Below are positions 1-11,142 of a stretch of DNA of 64,000 bases, piece by piece. The notes under the pieces are model-generated. The model was not told where the DNA came from. It saw nothing but the letters and a program-made list of their open reading frames with translations, and searched no databases. The position numbers and the translations under genes are program-made. Numbering within the stretch: position 1 is the stretch's first letter; every line of letters begins with the position of its first letter. Source of the DNA: a bacterium (GTDB taxonomy: Bacteria; Patescibacteriota; Minisyncoccia; Phycocordibacterales; CAIZLB01); contig JAYTSY010000011.1 in the NCBI GenBank assembly GCA_043745355.1, positions 16,822-80,821 on the forward strand, read 5' to 3'.

Positions 1-352
1 CCTTTTGCGATATTGATTCCTGCGGTGGACATGAGACCTGAAATAGTTTTGCTCTCGTCAGTGAACCAGCAAATCCTGTTTGGTTGATTCCATTATCTCT
101 TTGAAAATTCAAGACTGCTGTCCTCGTCAGATTTCCGTAATAACCTGTAGGAGAAACTGTTAAATATTTATTCAAAAATAAGTAAGTTTGTAATTTTGTC
201 ACTTCCCCATTGGTCCGAGCATCGCCATATTTGTAGCCTAAACTATTTGTCAGGGTGACACACTGAGTCTGTGGTATCGTCGCTGCGCTTACAGAAAAAA
301 ACGTTAACATAAACATACCTGCCATTACCCCACATATAAGTGTAAATTTCAT
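1..352 (-). CDS. Secreted peptidoglycan-binding domain protein (partial; 3' end runs off the window start)
   Basis: Manual translation from ATG 352: MKFTLICGVMAG... signal-like N-terminus, then GEVTKLQTYL...TGYYGNLTRTAVLNFQRDNGINQTGFAGSLTRAKL (PG_binding_1-like). Open to base 1. TATAAT lies 7 nt upstream. Confidence 0.8.
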   Translation of the reverse strand, partial: MKFTLICGVMAGMFMLTFFSVSAATIPQTQCVTLTNSLGYKYGDARTNGEVTKLQTYLFLNKYLTVSPTGYYGNLTRTAVLNFQRDNGINQTGFAGSLTRAKLFQVSCPPQESISQK

Positions 353-408
353 ATCCAATATTATACAACTTTTTAGACTAAAAGCAGGCGTTGGAGTGGA
401 ATTTTATT

Positions 409-1656
409 TTAATAATTCTTCAATCGATTGATCTTCTCGTGCTGACGAATCTTTTCATGAGCCTTTGCTTCGATCTGTCGAATACGTTCACGAGTTACGC
501 CAAACATCTTGCCTACCTCTTCAAGGGTATGCTGAATACCGTCAGCGAGTCCATGTCGGAGCGCGAGAATTTCTCGTTCTTTTTCTGAGAGGTCATTGAG
601 GATTTCTCGAACCTGATCTGCGAGGATTCGCCTCGATGATTCCTGATCAGGAGAAAGAATTTTGTCATCTGAAATAAAGTCACCGTAGGTAGACTTGTCT
701 TCATCCTCGCCTACCGGGGTATCGAGCGATACAGTGTTTTGGTCAATCTTTTCAATAGTATAAATTTTCTCAACATCAAGTCCCATTTCAGTGGCAATTT
801 CTTCAGGCAATGGCTCACGGCCGAGATCTTGAAACAATCGCCGCACAACTTGCTTGTATTTTGCAATCGTTTCTACCATGTGCACAGGGACGCGGATAGT
901 TCGAGATTGGTCAGCAAGCGCACGAGTGATCGATTGTCTAATCCACCATGTCGCATATGTAGAGAATTTGAATCCTTTTGACCAATCGAATTTATCTACG
1001 GCTTTAAAGAGTCCCAGATTTCCTTCTTGAATGAGGTCGAGCAATGTAAGGTCAGGACTGCGGTTCGCATATTTTTTGGCGATGGACACGACGAGTCGCA
1101 AGTTTGCTTTTGCAAGTAAATTCTTGGCCTCATCATCCCCTACCTCAATACGCTTAGCCAACTCTTTTTCTTCGTGTGCACCGATAAGTGGGTACTGACC
1201 AATCTCTTTGAGATACATCTGAATTGAGTCATAGCTTGAGTCGCTTCGATGACCCTGCGCATATTTCTTGAGCATTTCTTCTTCATCATTTTTTACATCG
1301 AGGAGTCCTCCCCCTTCGAGCACATCAACGCCTGAAACAGAAAGCTTTTCGTAAAGAGTTTCGAGGAAAAGAACATCGTTTTCAATGTTTGGGAATTCCT
1401 TCAAAATTTCATCATAGGTGATGAATCCACGCTCCTTTCCCTTTTTGAGGAGCACATCTGCCTTGGCTTCGAGGTTTACCCCGCCTTTTTTTGCCGGCTT
1501 CTGTGGTTTCTTTCCACTCGCTATTACCTTAGTCACAACTTTTTTTGTAGGCTTTGCTTTTTTCGGAGAAAGTTTTGATGAAGACTTCGATTTAACAGCA
1601 GTCTTTTTTACAAATTTCTTCACTTTCTTTTCATTTTTCTTTGATGTTTTTTTCAC
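409..1656 (-). CDS. rpoD: RNA polymerase primary sigma factor (sigma70/SigA)
   Basis: [64 protein letters not shown]; Lys-rich N-terminal extension. Confidence 0.97.
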   Translation of the reverse strand: MKKTSKKNEKKVKKFVKKTAVKSKSSSKLSPKKAKPTKKVVTKVIASGKKPQKPAKKGGVNLEAKADVLLKKGKERGFITYDEILKEFPNIENDVLFLETLYEKLSVSGVDVLEGGGLLDVKNDEEEMLKKYAQGHRSDSSYDSIQMYLKEIGQYPLIGAHEEKELAKRIEVGDDEAKNLLAKANLRLVVSIAKKYANRSPDLTLLDLIQEGNLGLFKAVDKFDWSKGFKFSTYATWWIRQSITRALADQSRTIRVPVHMVETIAKYKQVVRRLFQDLGREPLPEEIATEMGLDVEKIYTIEKIDQNTVSLDTPVGEDEDKSTYGDFISDDKILSPDQESSRRILADQVREILNDLSEKEREILALRHGLADGIQHTLEEVGKMFGVTRERIRQIEAKAHEKIRQHEKINRLKNY

Positions 1657-1725
1657 AGGCGGTTTTAAATTAATTCTTAATTATGTATGATTTTTTATTT
1701 AAACATTTATCGATTTCTCTTTCTC

Positions 1726-3435
1726 TCATTTTTTACTTTTCTTTATATTTAATTCAGAGATCTTTCTTGAGAGCTCCTGACATGTCTTGAATAATTCTGT
1801 AGCATGTTCTTTCTCCCCTTTTCGTTCGGCGATACTGAGTTCTGTCATCGAGGTCGAGTAACTGGATTTGAGAAGTCTTTCTTCGAGTTCAAAGAATAGC
1901 TCGTCAATATCTTTATCAATATGTTTGCTATCGGAGTAAATCATCTCAGCCTCAAAAGCCAAGGCGTCATTGTTGGCTTCAACTGACACATGACTTGTGC
2001 CTGTGACGTCTTGGATGCGAGCATGGATCGAATCTGAAAGATCAGATTTCCATGCGGCAATACCCACGAGTCGTTCAATGACTCCTTGGCTATTCAATTT
2101 GTCTCCAGGAACTATGGCGCGCGCAGGCAGAGAATTTTCCGCGGGGAGTGCCTCGCGACCCTCGCCTACTGCTTTTGTTTTATGTAATTGTTCCCGAAGT
2201 GATTCCTCTGGAATACCTGTTTGTAAACTGATTGTCGCTAAAAAATGCGATTTTTGTATAGCGCTCTCAAGTGCGGCAACAAATGGTAATATTTCCATCT
2301 CTACTGCTTGCCACAGTTTCCTGTCGGCAAGTCCCTGCTTCATGAGCCAGTCGAACTGGTACTCAATAATATGTTTTGAATGCTTTAAAGCTTCTTTAAA
2401 TTTCTCCTTATCAACGAGGATAAGTGACGCCGGATCTTCGCCCTTGGGCAATGCGGCTATTTTTACATCCATACCAATAGAGAGGGCGGCCGTCCACGCA
2501 CGTAGCGTTGCTTTGAGGCCTGCCGAGTCTGCATCGTATACGATCATTAAATTATCCGATAATTTCTTTAATTTTGCAAGGTGCGCAAGTGTGAGTGAAG
2601 TTCCAGATGTAGCCACGGCGTTCGTGAAGCCCGCTTGGTGGCACATGAGCAAATCCATTTGACCCTCGACGAGTATTGCATATTTCCATTGCCTGATGCC
2701 CTCCTTGGCCTTGTGATAGCCATACAGGACATCAGATTTGTTAAATAAGGGCGTATCCGGGCTATTGAGGTACTTTGGACCTTCAGTGTCAGGAACGCCA
2801 AATAATCGGCCTGAGTAGCCGATTACTCTACTAGACGCATCAAAGAGGGGGAATATTACACGACTGCGAAATCGGTCATATACCCCATCCCCTTTCTCGG
2901 ACTTTTTGATGAGTCCAACAGTTTCCATATCTGCGTCTGTCACGCTCTTCAGGGAATCATGGAGCCTCCGCCATTCATTCGGTGCAAAACCGATCCGCCA
3001 GTCTTTTATGGTTTCCGCGGTGAGTCCTCTCCCGGTTAAATATTCATATTCCTTTGAACCTTTGTTTAATTGATCTTGAAAATAATTAGTAGCGCGGTCG
3101 AGAATTGATCGCAATCTTTCCATTTCAGTATTTGCCGCACTGTCAGATTTGTACTGTGTCAATTCAACACCGGCTTTATCCGCAAGCATCTTAAGTGCAC
3201 CTATGAAATCAACCTTCTCGAATTCTTGAACGAATGTGAAAATGTCACCTTTGGCACCACAGCCGAAACAGTAATACGAATTACGCCCCGGGGATATCAT
3301 AAATGACGGAGTCTTTTCGTGATGAAACGGACATTTTGCTTTGTAATTTGCGCCAGCCTTTTCCAATTTTATGTACGAACCTACCACATCAGCGATGCTC
3401 AGTCTGTCTTTAATTAGTTCGGATGAGGATGACAT
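1726..3435 (-). CDS. dnaG: DNA primase
   Basis: CPFHHEKTPSF zinc finger, YYCFGCG, DRFRSRVIFP, PKYLNSP, Toprim VEGQMD and YDAD. Confidence 0.97.
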   Translation of the reverse strand: MSSSSELIKDRLSIADVVGSYIKLEKAGANYKAKCPFHHEKTPSFMISPGRNSYYCFGCGAKGDIFTFVQEFEKVDFIGALKMLADKAGVELTQYKSDSAANTEMERLRSILDRATNYFQDQLNKGSKEYEYLTGRGLTAETIKDWRIGFAPNEWRRLHDSLKSVTDADMETVGLIKKSEKGDGVYDRFRSRVIFPLFDASSRVIGYSGRLFGVPDTEGPKYLNSPDTPLFNKSDVLYGYHKAKEGIRQWKYAILVEGQMDLLMCHQAGFTNAVATSGTSLTLAHLAKLKKLSDNLMIVYDADSAGLKATLRAWTAALSIGMDVKIAALPKGEDPASLILVDKEKFKEALKHSKHIIEYQFDWLMKQGLADRKLWQAVEMEILPFVAALESAIQKSHFLATISLQTGIPEESLREQLHKTKAVGEGREALPAENSLPARAIVPGDKLNSQGVIERLVGIAAWKSDLSDSIHARIQDVTGTSHVSVEANNDALAFEAEMIYSDSKHIDKDIDELFFELEERLLKSSYSTSMTELSIAERKGEKEHATELFKTCQELSRKISELNIKKSKK

Positions 3436-3517
3436 TATTTAAATGAGAATTACGATATCAGGAGTGAGGACAAACCGTTTGCCCTCACATCCTCGTATAA
3501 TAATTTAAACGAACAAA

Positions 3518-6500
3518 CTATATCTCCTGTCCACCACGTCTACTCATCTCACCCTGCAACTGTTCAATCATCTTCTGTTTTTCAGAGCCTTTGAATCCAG
3601 TTCCCGCAGGAATCAACCGTCCGATAATGACGTTTTCCATAATACCGTACAATGGGTCTTTGTTGGCCTTCAAAGATGCGCTAATGAGCATTCGGTTTGT
3701 GTGCTGGAAAGACGCAGCTGAAAGGAAACTCCGACGGTTCAGTGATGCTTCAGCGATACCCATAACTACAGGCACTGCTTTTGCTTCGAGACCACCAGCA
3801 TCCTTGGCATCACCATTAATTTCGTCAAAAAGGAATTTCTCCACAACTTCGCCGATTGAAAATGGTGTATCTCCTACTTCCTTGATCTTGACGCGTGAGA
3901 ACATTTCTCGTACCACAACTTCAATGTGTTTTCGTGATACGTTTTCTCCTTGCAATTCGTAGAGTTTCTTAACTTCAGAAATAATATATTCCTGAGCTCG
4001 CTCCTTGCCCGCGTATTCGAAGAGTTCATCAACATCGAGTGATCCGTCCGTGAGGGCATCGCCCTTTGTGACATGATCGCCGATTTTCACCAGTGGAATA
4101 CGAGCATAGTGCACAGTGTATTCGAGTTCGCTTCCCTTCTTGGCCGTCGTCTTGTGAGGCACATCTGGGAGAAGTTTGATGACTCGTTCCTTACCCACTT
4201 CTTTTACATCAGTAATCATGCCGTCAACACTCGCGATGGCACCTGGATTTTTCGGTCGTCTGTTGTCAAATACTTCTTCTACTCGAGGAAGTCCTTGAGT
4301 GATGTCACCTCCTACGGTTGCTACTCCTCCGGCATGGAAGGTACGCATAGTGAGCTGTGTACCCGGTTCACCGATCGCCTGTGCGGCAACGGTGCCTACT
4401 GCTTCGCCGACTTCGATCATCTTGTTCTTGCCGAGGTCATTACCATAGCAATGGGCGCAAATACCTTGTGGCGTGCGGCAAGTAAGAGGTGATCGTACGG
4501 TTACTTCATTGATGCCTTCTTTTTCGATGACAAATGCATTGTCTTTTGAAATCATGTGATTTCGCTTGAACATCACTTCTCCCGCTTTGTTCATGACATC
4601 CTTGGCGAGGATTCGTCCTGAAGCGCTCTTTACGAGTGATGTCTCAATTCCAGATGCACCTATCTTTGAAACGATTACGCCTTCCTTTGTTCCGCAATCT
4701 TCTTCGGTGACCATAACGCTCTGCGCTACTACGAAGAGTCGTCGTGTGAGGTATCCGGCACGCGCTGTGTTAAGAGCGGTGTCAGTCATACCCTTACGAG
4801 CACCGTGAGTCGAAATGAAGTACTCAATAGGAGTGAATCCTTCCTTGAAAGATGAGACGATAGGAAGTTCAATTGTCTCTCCTTGAGCGTTCGCAATGAG
4901 ACCTTTCATACCTACCATCTGTGTGAGGTTACCGAGTGATCCTCGGGCACCTGACATCACCATGTCGTATACTGAGCCATTCTTGTCAAGTGTATCAGGG
5001 ATGAGTTTTTCAATTTCAGATTTAGCGTTCTGCCAAATTTCGATAATTTTTCGAGTTTTTTCTTCAGATGAGAGGAGTCCTTCATCATACTGCTCGCTCA
5101 CTGTGAGCGCTTTTTTCTCAGCAGCTTCGACGACTTTGCCCTTTCCTTCTGGGATAACAACGTCATCAATTCCCCACGTCGTACCTGAAATTGTTGCATA
5201 ATAGAATCCGAACTTTTTGAGATCGTCGATCAATTGCGGAACATTTTCAATACCTCGGTGAGTGATGATGTCATCCACAATAGTACTCATCACAGACTTG
5301 GTGACTTCCTTGTTGATAAATGGGTAATCGAGTGGGAGCGCATTGTTGAAGAGGATGCGTCCAACTGTTGTTTCAAACACACCTCCGTCAAATGCTTTGT
5401 ATTTGGTAGTTTCAGGTGCCATCACTTTGATAGTCGCACGATATGAGATGACATCATAATTTTTAGCAGCGATCGCATCTTCAGGGCATGCGAATATTTT
5501 ACCTTCGCCTTTGTCGCCAGAAACTACTTTTGTCATCCAGAATGCACCGAGTACAATGTCGAGCATTTTGTTCGTAACTGTAGGCTCACCTGTTCCTGGC
5601 TTCAAGATGTTCTTGTCAGCAGCCATGATTTCAGCCGCCTCTTTCTGAGCTTCTTCTGAAAGTGGCACGTGGATTGCCATTGTATCTCCGTCGAAGTCAG
5701 CGTTGAACGGTGAACATACGAGTGGATGCACTTGGATAGCATTTCCTTCGATGAGGATAGGCTTGAATGCCTGGATTGAGAGACGGTGGAGGGTCGGAGC
5801 ACGGTTCAGGAGCACATATTTGTGTTCAATAACCTGTTCGAGGATTGCCCACACTTCTGGAATACCGTCGTCAATAAGACGGGATGCGCCACGGATGTTG
5901 AATGCGAGTTCTCGTTTCAAGAGTTCTGAAATGACGAATGGTCGGAAGAGTTCCAATGCCATGTGCTTTGGCACACCACACTGATTCAATTTAAGATCAG
6001 GACCTACGATGATCACAGATCGTCCAGAATAGTCTACTCGCTTTCCGAGGAGGTTCTGTCGGAAGAGTCCACGCTTACCTTTCAGTCCATCAGCAAGTGA
6101 CTTGAGTGGACGACGTTGTGCGGCATTGAGGCCTGCAAAAACCGTTCCACCGTGTCGGATTGAGTTGTCGATAAGAGCGTCAACGGCTTCCTGCAAGATT
6201 CGCTTTTCATTTCGAAGGATCACATCTGGTGCATGAATTTCCTTGAGCTTCTTCAAACGATTATTTCGGTTGATAACACGTCGGTAAAGGTCGTTCACGT
6301 CAGATGTTGCATGTCGTCCACCATCGAGTGCAACCATAGGTCGGAGCGCTGCTGGGATAACGGGAAGAGCAGTAATGAACATCCATTCAGGTCGAATGTT
6401 TGCTCGTACCATAGACTTCACAAGACTGATTCGCTTGTAAAGTTTTTCTCGTTCTGCAGCACCAGCCTTGAGAAGATCTGCTTCGAGAGTTTCGAGCAAT

Positions 6501-7216
6501 TTCTTTGTGTCGAGATTTTTGAAAATATTGAATACCGCCTCTGCCCCGATACCTGCTTCGAAGCATGTACCGTATTTGAGTGAGAATTTGTGGTACTGCA
6601 CTTCATCGAGCACTTTTCCAACTTGGATCATTTCGATGTCATGCTTTGTTGAAAGCAACAAATCACTCATTGCTTCTTTTGTCTTTTCGTCCTGAAGTGA
6701 TTTGACCTTGCTCTTGTATTCCCCATCGAGTTCTTTGAGGAGATTTGCCTTTTCAACTTCATTTACTTTTGTAATGAGGTATCCAGCAAAGTACACTACT
6801 TTTTCGATTTCACCTGCGTTCATGCCGAGTATATGTGCAACTCGTGAAGGCATAGTTCGAAGGTACCAAATATGTGCCACTGGAACAGAGAGTTCAATAT
6901 GGCCCATTCGTTCACGTCGTACGATTGATCGTGTGAGTTCTACTCCACACTTTTCACAGACGATGCCCTTGTATCTAATTCCCTTGTACTTTCCGCAATA
7001 ACATTCATAGTCTTTTTCTGGGCCGAAGATTTTCTCATCAAACAGTCCATTCTTTTCAGAACGCTGGGTTCGATAGTTCATTGTTTCCGGCTTTGTAACT
7101 TCACCGTAAGACCATTCTCGAATACGCTCAGGAGATGCGAGCTTCAATACTACTGCATCGAAGTCATCAACTGATGGCTGGCGAGCGTCCTTTGGCATTG
7201 CATTTTTGTAGTTCAT
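3518..7216 (-). CDS. rpoC: RNA polymerase beta' subunit
   Basis: NADFDGD catalytic motif, GKRVDYSGRSVI, zinc finger CYCGKY..CEKC, GEPGTQLTMRTFH. Confidence 0.99.
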   Translation of the reverse strand: MNYKNAMPKDARQPSVDDFDAVVLKLASPERIREWSYGEVTKPETMNYRTQRSEKNGLFDEKIFGPEKDYECYCGKYKGIRYKGIVCEKCGVELTRSIVRRERMGHIELSVPVAHIWYLRTMPSRVAHILGMNAGEIEKVVYFAGYLITKVNEVEKANLLKELDGEYKSKVKSLQDEKTKEAMSDLLLSTKHDIEMIQVGKVLDEVQYHKFSLKYGTCFEAGIGAEAVFNIFKNLDTKKLLETLEADLLKAGAAEREKLYKRISLVKSMVRANIRPEWMFITALPVIPAALRPMVALDGGRHATSDVNDLYRRVINRNNRLKKLKEIHAPDVILRNEKRILQEAVDALIDNSIRHGGTVFAGLNAAQRRPLKSLADGLKGKRGLFRQNLLGKRVDYSGRSVIIVGPDLKLNQCGVPKHMALELFRPFVISELLKRELAFNIRGASRLIDDGIPEVWAILEQVIEHKYVLLNRAPTLHRLSIQAFKPILIEGNAIQVHPLVCSPFNADFDGDTMAIHVPLSEEAQKEAAEIMAADKNILKPGTGEPTVTNKMLDIVLGAFWMTKVVSGDKGEGKIFACPEDAIAAKNYDVISYRATIKVMAPETTKYKAFDGGVFETTVGRILFNNALPLDYPFINKEVTKSVMSTIVDDIITHRGIENVPQLIDDLKKFGFYYATISGTTWGIDDVVIPEGKGKVVEAAEKKALTVSEQYDEGLLSSEEKTRKIIEIWQNAKSEIEKLIPDTLDKNGSVYDMVMSGARGSLGNLTQMVGMKGLIANAQGETIELPIVSSFKEGFTPIEYFISTHGARKGMTDTALNTARAGYLTRRLFVVAQSVMVTEEDCGTKEGVIVSKIGASGIETSLVKSASGRILAKDVMNKAGEVMFKRNHMISKDNAFVIEKEGINEVTVRSPLTCRTPQGICAHCYGNDLGKNKMIEVGEAVGTVAAQAIGEPGTQLTMRTFHAGGVATVGGDITQGLPRVEEVFDNRRPKNPGAIASVDGMITDVKEVGKERVIKLLPDVPHKTTAKKGSELEYTVHYARIPLVKIGDHVTKGDALTDGSLDVDELFEYAGKERAQEYIISEVKKLYELQGENVSRKHIEVVVREMFSRVKIKEVGDTPFSIGEVVEKFLFDEINGDAKDAGGLEAKAVPVVMGIAEASLNRRSFLSAASFQHTNRMLISASLKANKDPLYGIMENVIIGRLIPAGTGFKGSEKQKMIEQLQGEMSRRGGQEI

Positions 7217-7234
7217 ATGTTTGTATATTGCGGA

Positions 7235-10200
7235 TTATTTGTTTGTATCTGAAGTAGATACTGCATCGTCGACCAATGATGCGTCTTTTGCGAGTTCAAC
7301 GTCGATGCCGAGTCCTCGAAGGTTCGACAAGAGTACGTTGAATGACGCCGGTGAATTTGGCTCCAGCAAGGCTTGACCTTTAACAATCGCGTCGAAAGCC
7401 TGTGATCGTCCCTGAATATCGTCAGACTTGATCGTAAGCATTTCTCGCAGTGCGTGCGCTGCGCCATATCCAGCGAGTGCCCACACTTCCATTTCTCCGA
7501 ATCGCTGACCTCCTCCTTGCGCCTTTCCTCCTAGAGGTTGCTGCGTGATGAGTGAGTAGGGCCCGATTGATCGCATGTGAATCTTGTCTTCAACCATGTG
7601 GTGAAGTTTCAACATATACATGTATCCAACGGCAACATCTTGTGCAAATTTTTCACCCGTGCGTCCATCAAACAATGTCATCTTTCCATTTGAATTGAAT
7701 CCAGCCTTTACCAATTCTTCTTTAACTTCTTCTGCAGACGCTCCTGTAAATGGTGGAACGATTGCCTGATAGTTCAATTTTTCTGCTGCGAGTCCGAGGT
7801 GAAGTTCGAGGATTTGTCCGAGGTTCATACGTGATGGTACGCCGAGTGGTGTGAGGATCATATCCACTGGAGTTCCATCTGCTCGGAATGGCATATCTTC
7901 TACAGGAAGTACTCGTGAGATAACACCCTTGTTTCCGTGACGTCCAGCGAGTTTGTCACCCACTGACAATTTTCGAAGGAGCGCAACCTCAACGTGAATT
8001 CGCTTGATGATTCCTGATTCAAGTTTGTCACCCTTTTCTCGTGAGAATACTTTGACCCCGATAATTCGTCCGCGCTTTCCGTTTTCCAATCGCTTCGATG
8101 TGTCTTTTACGTCTCGTGATTTCTCACCGAAGATTGACCTGAGGAGTCGTTCTTCTGGAGTGAGCTGTGTTTCTGATTTTGGAGTAATTTTTCCGACGAT
8201 GATATCGCCTGGGCGCACTTCAGCTCCCACACGTACGATACCGTCAACATCGAGATTCTTGAGGCGGTTTTCACCAACGTTTGGAATATCGTGTGTTGTT
8301 ACTTCGGGACCGAGCTTGGTATCTCGTACATTTATAACAAATTCTTCAATGTGAATAGATGTAAACTTTGATTCTTTTACAAGTCTCTCTGACACGATGA
8401 TGGCATCTTCATAGTTGGCGCCGCTCCATGCCATAAAGGCAACGAGCACGTTCTGGCCGAGGGCCATTTGTCCACCTTCTGATGTAGAGGTGTCCGCGAG
8501 CACGTCACCACGCTTAACTTTCTGATTGAGTTCAACGGTTGGTCGCTGGTGGAAAGCAGTAAACTGGTTTGTTCGGTTAAATGACACGAGTCGATATTCG
8601 TGGTCTTTCTTTGTGCCCTTTACGATTACTTTGCTTGCATCAACATATGACACCACACCGTCTTCGGGAGCTACGATAACACGTCCAGTGTCGAGCGCTG
8701 CTTTGTCTTCAATACCTGTAGCAACGAGAGGAGCTTCGGGGATGATACAAGGAGTAGCTTGTTTCTGCATGTTGGAACCCATGAGTGCACGGTTCGCATC
8801 ATCGTGGTTTAGGAATGGGATCATAGAAGTAGACACTGAAAATGCTTGCTCAGTTGCAACGTCGATATAGTCCACATCTTCACGCTTGATCATGATCGGC
8901 TTTCCTTTCATTCGCACTTCAAGAATTTCTTCAGTGATCTTGCCTTCTTTGTCATAGGCAGTGGCCGCGTGAGCAATCTTGTGACCTTCTTCTTCGAGGG
9001 CATTCAAATATTCAACTTCTTTTGTGATCTTTCCGTTCTTCACTTTTACGTACGGTGTCTCAATCATACCGAAATGGTTGATACGAGCGTATGTCGCAAG
9101 TTGAAGTACGAGACCGATGTTCTGACCTTCAGGTGTGTGAATCGGGCAAATACGTCCGTAGTGAGATGGGTGCACGTCTCGGACTTCGATACCAGCTCGT
9201 TCTCGTGTGAGACCGCCGGGACCAAGTGCAGAAATACGGCGCAAGTGCTCGAGTTCAGCAAGGATGTTTTCCTGACTCATGAACTGTGACAACTGGTTTG
9301 TAGTAAAGAATTCTTTGACACGAGCCTGAAGTGGTCGAGGAATAATAAATTGTACAGGGAGAGTCGCATCAGTATCAATCGTCGACATTCGGTTCTGAAT
9401 GTTTCGACGGATCTGTGTCATACCGACACGCACTTTTTGCTGGAGAAGTTCACCGACGAATCGCACGCGTCGTGAACCCATGTGGTCAATATCATCTTTT
9501 TCTGCAGCTGGGTTGTGGTTGAGTTCGATGAGGTGAGAAATTGTTATGACGAGGTCCTCAATAGAAAGAGTCATTTTTTTCAAATCCTTTTCTTCCATAC
9601 CCTTTTCGAAGCGCTGGTTGAATCGGAAACGTCCTACAGGAGAGAGATCATATCGATCACTGCTCATGAGACCATCTACGAATTCCTTTGCGTTCTCAGC
9701 TGTTGCGAGATCGCCGTCTCGAAGTCGTTTGTGGATTTCAATATATGCATCTTCTGTTGTCTTTGCGTGATCCTTTGCGAGAGTTGTATCAATATATGAC
9801 TTTGCAAATTCACTTTTCTTGAAAAGTGCTTGAATTTCGGAATCTGTGGTTGCTCCGAATACTCGTAGAAGTGAAGAAACTGGAAACTTTCGCTTTCGGT
9901 CAATACGTACATATATCGCACCGTCTGCATCGGATTCGATTTCGATCCACGCACCTCGTGCTGGGATGATCTTTGCGCCGAAATAGTTCTTGCCTTTTGT
10001 TTCTTGAGATGTGAAAAATACCCCGAACGAACGAGCGAGCTGGGGTACGATGAGTCGTTCAATACCGTTGATGATGAATGTTCCGTGATCGGTCATCAAT
10101 GGGAAATCCGCCATAAAAATCTCCTGTTCTTTTACAGAACCGAGGATCTTATTCTTTAAACGCACCATGACTTTGAGGGTTGCCTCATAGTTCATCTTAT

Positions 10201-10429
10201 TCTCCTTGGCAAAGAATTCGTCGTGCTTTGGTTTATCGAGATGAAAACCAGTGAAGTCGAGTTCGAACTTCTTGTCAGAATAATCCTTGATAGATGAGAA
10301 TTCACCGAACACTTCCTTGAGGCCCTTTTCGAGGAGCCATTGGAAGGAAACCAACTGTGCCTCAACGAGGTTTGGAAGCGGCGCGAGCGGCTCCTTGAAT
10401 CGTGAGAAGTACTTTTTCTGGCGGATCAT
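7235..10429 (-). CDS. rpoB: RNA polymerase beta subunit
   Basis: GDKLAGRHGNKG, RALMGSNMQ, GGQRFGEME, HYGRICPI. Confidence 0.99.
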   Translation of the reverse strand: MIRQKKYFSRFKEPLAPLPNLVEAQLVSFQWLLEKGLKEVFGEFSSIKDYSDKKFELDFTGFHLDKPKHDEFFAKENKMNYEATLKVMVRLKNKILGSVKEQEIFMADFPLMTDHGTFIINGIERLIVPQLARSFGVFFTSQETKGKNYFGAKIIPARGAWIEIESDADGAIYVRIDRKRKFPVSSLLRVFGATTDSEIQALFKKSEFAKSYIDTTLAKDHAKTTEDAYIEIHKRLRDGDLATAENAKEFVDGLMSSDRYDLSPVGRFRFNQRFEKGMEEKDLKKMTLSIEDLVITISHLIELNHNPAAEKDDIDHMGSRRVRFVGELLQQKVRVGMTQIRRNIQNRMSTIDTDATLPVQFIIPRPLQARVKEFFTTNQLSQFMSQENILAELEHLRRISALGPGGLTRERAGIEVRDVHPSHYGRICPIHTPEGQNIGLVLQLATYARINHFGMIETPYVKVKNGKITKEVEYLNALEEEGHKIAHAATAYDKEGKITEEILEVRMKGKPIMIKREDVDYIDVATEQAFSVSTSMIPFLNHDDANRALMGSNMQKQATPCIIPEAPLVATGIEDKAALDTGRVIVAPEDGVVSYVDASKVIVKGTKKDHEYRLVSFNRTNQFTAFHQRPTVELNQKVKRGDVLADTSTSEGGQMALGQNVLVAFMAWSGANYEDAIIVSERLVKESKFTSIHIEEFVINVRDTKLGPEVTTHDIPNVGENRLKNLDVDGIVRVGAEVRPGDIIVGKITPKSETQLTPEERLLRSIFGEKSRDVKDTSKRLENGKRGRIIGVKVFSREKGDKLESGIIKRIHVEVALLRKLSVGDKLAGRHGNKGVISRVLPVEDMPFRADGTPVDMILTPLGVPSRMNLGQILELHLGLAAEKLNYQAIVPPFTGASAEEVKEELVKAGFNSNGKMTLFDGRTGEKFAQDVAVGYMYMLKLHHMVEDKIHMRSIGPYSLITQQPLGGKAQGGGQRFGEMEVWALAGYGAAHALREMLTIKSDDIQGRSQAFDAIVKGQALLEPNSPASFNVLLSNLRGLGIDVELAKDASLVDDAVSTSDTNK

Positions 10430-10591
10430 ATATTTTTTCGTGCGTAAAAAATACCGACTTAATAATATGATTAGTGCATAAATTATTTTATTGCTCTAAA
10501 ACGCTAGAGCGTCTTAAAACAACAATCTCGACAGCCGCTGCATGCACTTCAAAATTCTATAGTGGAATACTGAAGTGCCTGCACAGACAGC

Positions 10592-10617
10592 AAAAAACAG
10601 CCGAGTAGCTGCTTTTT
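10592..10617 (-). terminator. Terminator-like hairpin in the rpoB leader
   Basis: Minus strand CAGC-TACTCG-GCTG followed by TTTTTT, with an upstream A-run able to extend the stem. Confidence 0.45.
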
Positions 10618-10708
10618 GTTGTGAGTTTATATATGCATTAACCGGTTTTGTGAGGAAACGTTTCCGCGAAGAGTCGGCAAAAACTCAATCGTCTTACGCA
10701 GGAACCTC

Positions 10709-10737
10709 ACTATATTCGATTTATCCACAGCTGTCAA
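10709..10737 (-). promoter_or_regulatory. Sigma70 promoter upstream of rpoB with a DnaA box in its spacer
   Basis: TTGACA(10737-10732)-N17-TATAGT(10714-10709); TTATCCACA at 10721-10729 (+). Confidence 0.75.
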
Positions 10738-10822
10738 CTGATTTTCATTGACAATTAATGTAGATTCCCGCTCGGCCTAAAGGACATATCCCCAGGCGGC
10801 TTTGACTTTTATGAAAATCACC

Positions 10823-11128
10823 CTATTTAGAGGCGACTGGGACTATTGCTATTTTTAAGCCAACACCCTTCAGGATTTTATTCAAAAATCCAATGGTGGG
10901 ATTAAGGGCTTTCCCTGACTCCATACGCGCAAGTGCGGACTGGGTAATGCCGATCCTTTTTGAAAACTCGCGTTGGGTGAGTTTTTTTGCCTCACGAGCA
11001 TCGATGATCGCTCGAATGATACTGCGGTCAATCTCCCTCTGACCTTCGAGTGCTATGTATTCTGGGTCATTCTCTATTTCACTCCATAGCTCATTATCAG
11101 TTACAAATTTTAAATCTTCTTTTTTCAT
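10823..11128 (-). CDS. HTH (XRE) antitoxin, HigA-like
   Basis: LTQREFSKRIGITQSALARMESG HTH_3 pattern; lies directly downstream of a RelE-like gene. Confidence 0.85.
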   Translation of the reverse strand: MKKEDLKFVTDNELWSEIENDPEYIALEGQREIDRSIIRAIIDAREAKKLTQREFSKRIGITQSALARMESGKALNPTIGFLNKILKGVGLKIAIVPVASK

Positions 11129-11142
11129 AATTACATGATACC

